A DNA stretch of 23,552 nucleotides, taken from contig JAQGDQ010000853.1 of assembly GCA_030141605.1 (NCBI GenBank), positions 1 through 23,552 on the forward strand, in the 5' to 3' direction. A model generated the notes under the pieces. That model saw only the letters and a list, made by a program, of their open reading frames with translations. It ran no database searches and had not been told where the DNA came from. Source of the stretch: Tubiluchus corallicola (Eukaryota > Animalia > Priapulida). The translations under genes were made by a program, and so were the position numbers. Below, piece after piece: positions 23,129 to 23,552 of the stretch (its first letter is position 1; the number at the start of each line of letters is the position of its first letter).

Positions 23129-23490
23129 TTTATTCGCATTTTCCAATGACGTGTTCAATATTATCCGTCTTTGTTCATAAGACGTTAAAATTGTCGAGGA
23201 ACCCAGTCACTCCTGTTTACTCAGCACTCACGGTACATTGGAACAAATCAAGGCCTGTGTTCGATATCTATTGATCAGGATAATATCTTGTGTGGAAAGT
23301 TAATCTCGCAAAATTTCCTCAATCACTCGGCGGTCATCATCATGGTATCCTGATATTAGAGGAATAATGGCAGCAGCGAGGCCTTCCCATTTCACACAAG
23401 AGCTTTTACAGTGTCGGTGATCACGATTCGTTATGGAAAATTACAAGCTGAGTTATTAGAAAACTAAAATAAAGAAAAAAAAGAACAAGA

Positions 23491-23491
<1 letters not shown>

Positions 23492-23537
<46 letters not shown>

Positions 23538-23552
23538 ATCATCATCATCATC
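23492..23552. repeat. (CATCGT)n grading into (CAT)n
   Basis: Directly visible; runs off the window end. Confidence 0.95.

Noticed and set aside
23130-23450. Possible minus-strand LINE RT remnant
   Set aside because: Only vague, frameshifted motif resemblance; needs a translated search.

Overview
AT-rich, repeat-dense eukaryotic (probably invertebrate animal) DNA with no intact protein-coding gene I can support; nearly all long ORFs in the track are microsatellite artefacts. Transposon content: a 5S rRNA-headed SINE whose body ends in an RTE-type LINE C-terminus and tail (3938-4467); a 5'-truncated Penelope-like element with a GIY-YIG C-terminus, a hammerhead ribozyme motif and an inverted pLTR fragment (about 8450-9245); a piggyBac-like MITE (2786-3241); several Kolobok-like TTAA-flanked non-autonomous elements; and a degenerate LINE RT fragment. 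Repeat content: tandem arrays with 41, 40-42, 80, 61, 77, 26 and 27/49 bp units, a ~407-bp near-perfect inverted repeat, and long microsatellites. Two promoter-like patches are followed by well-formed splice signals pointing toward tandem arrays, which may indicate spliced satellite-containing non-coding transcripts (inference). Family assignments come from motif recognition, not database searches.
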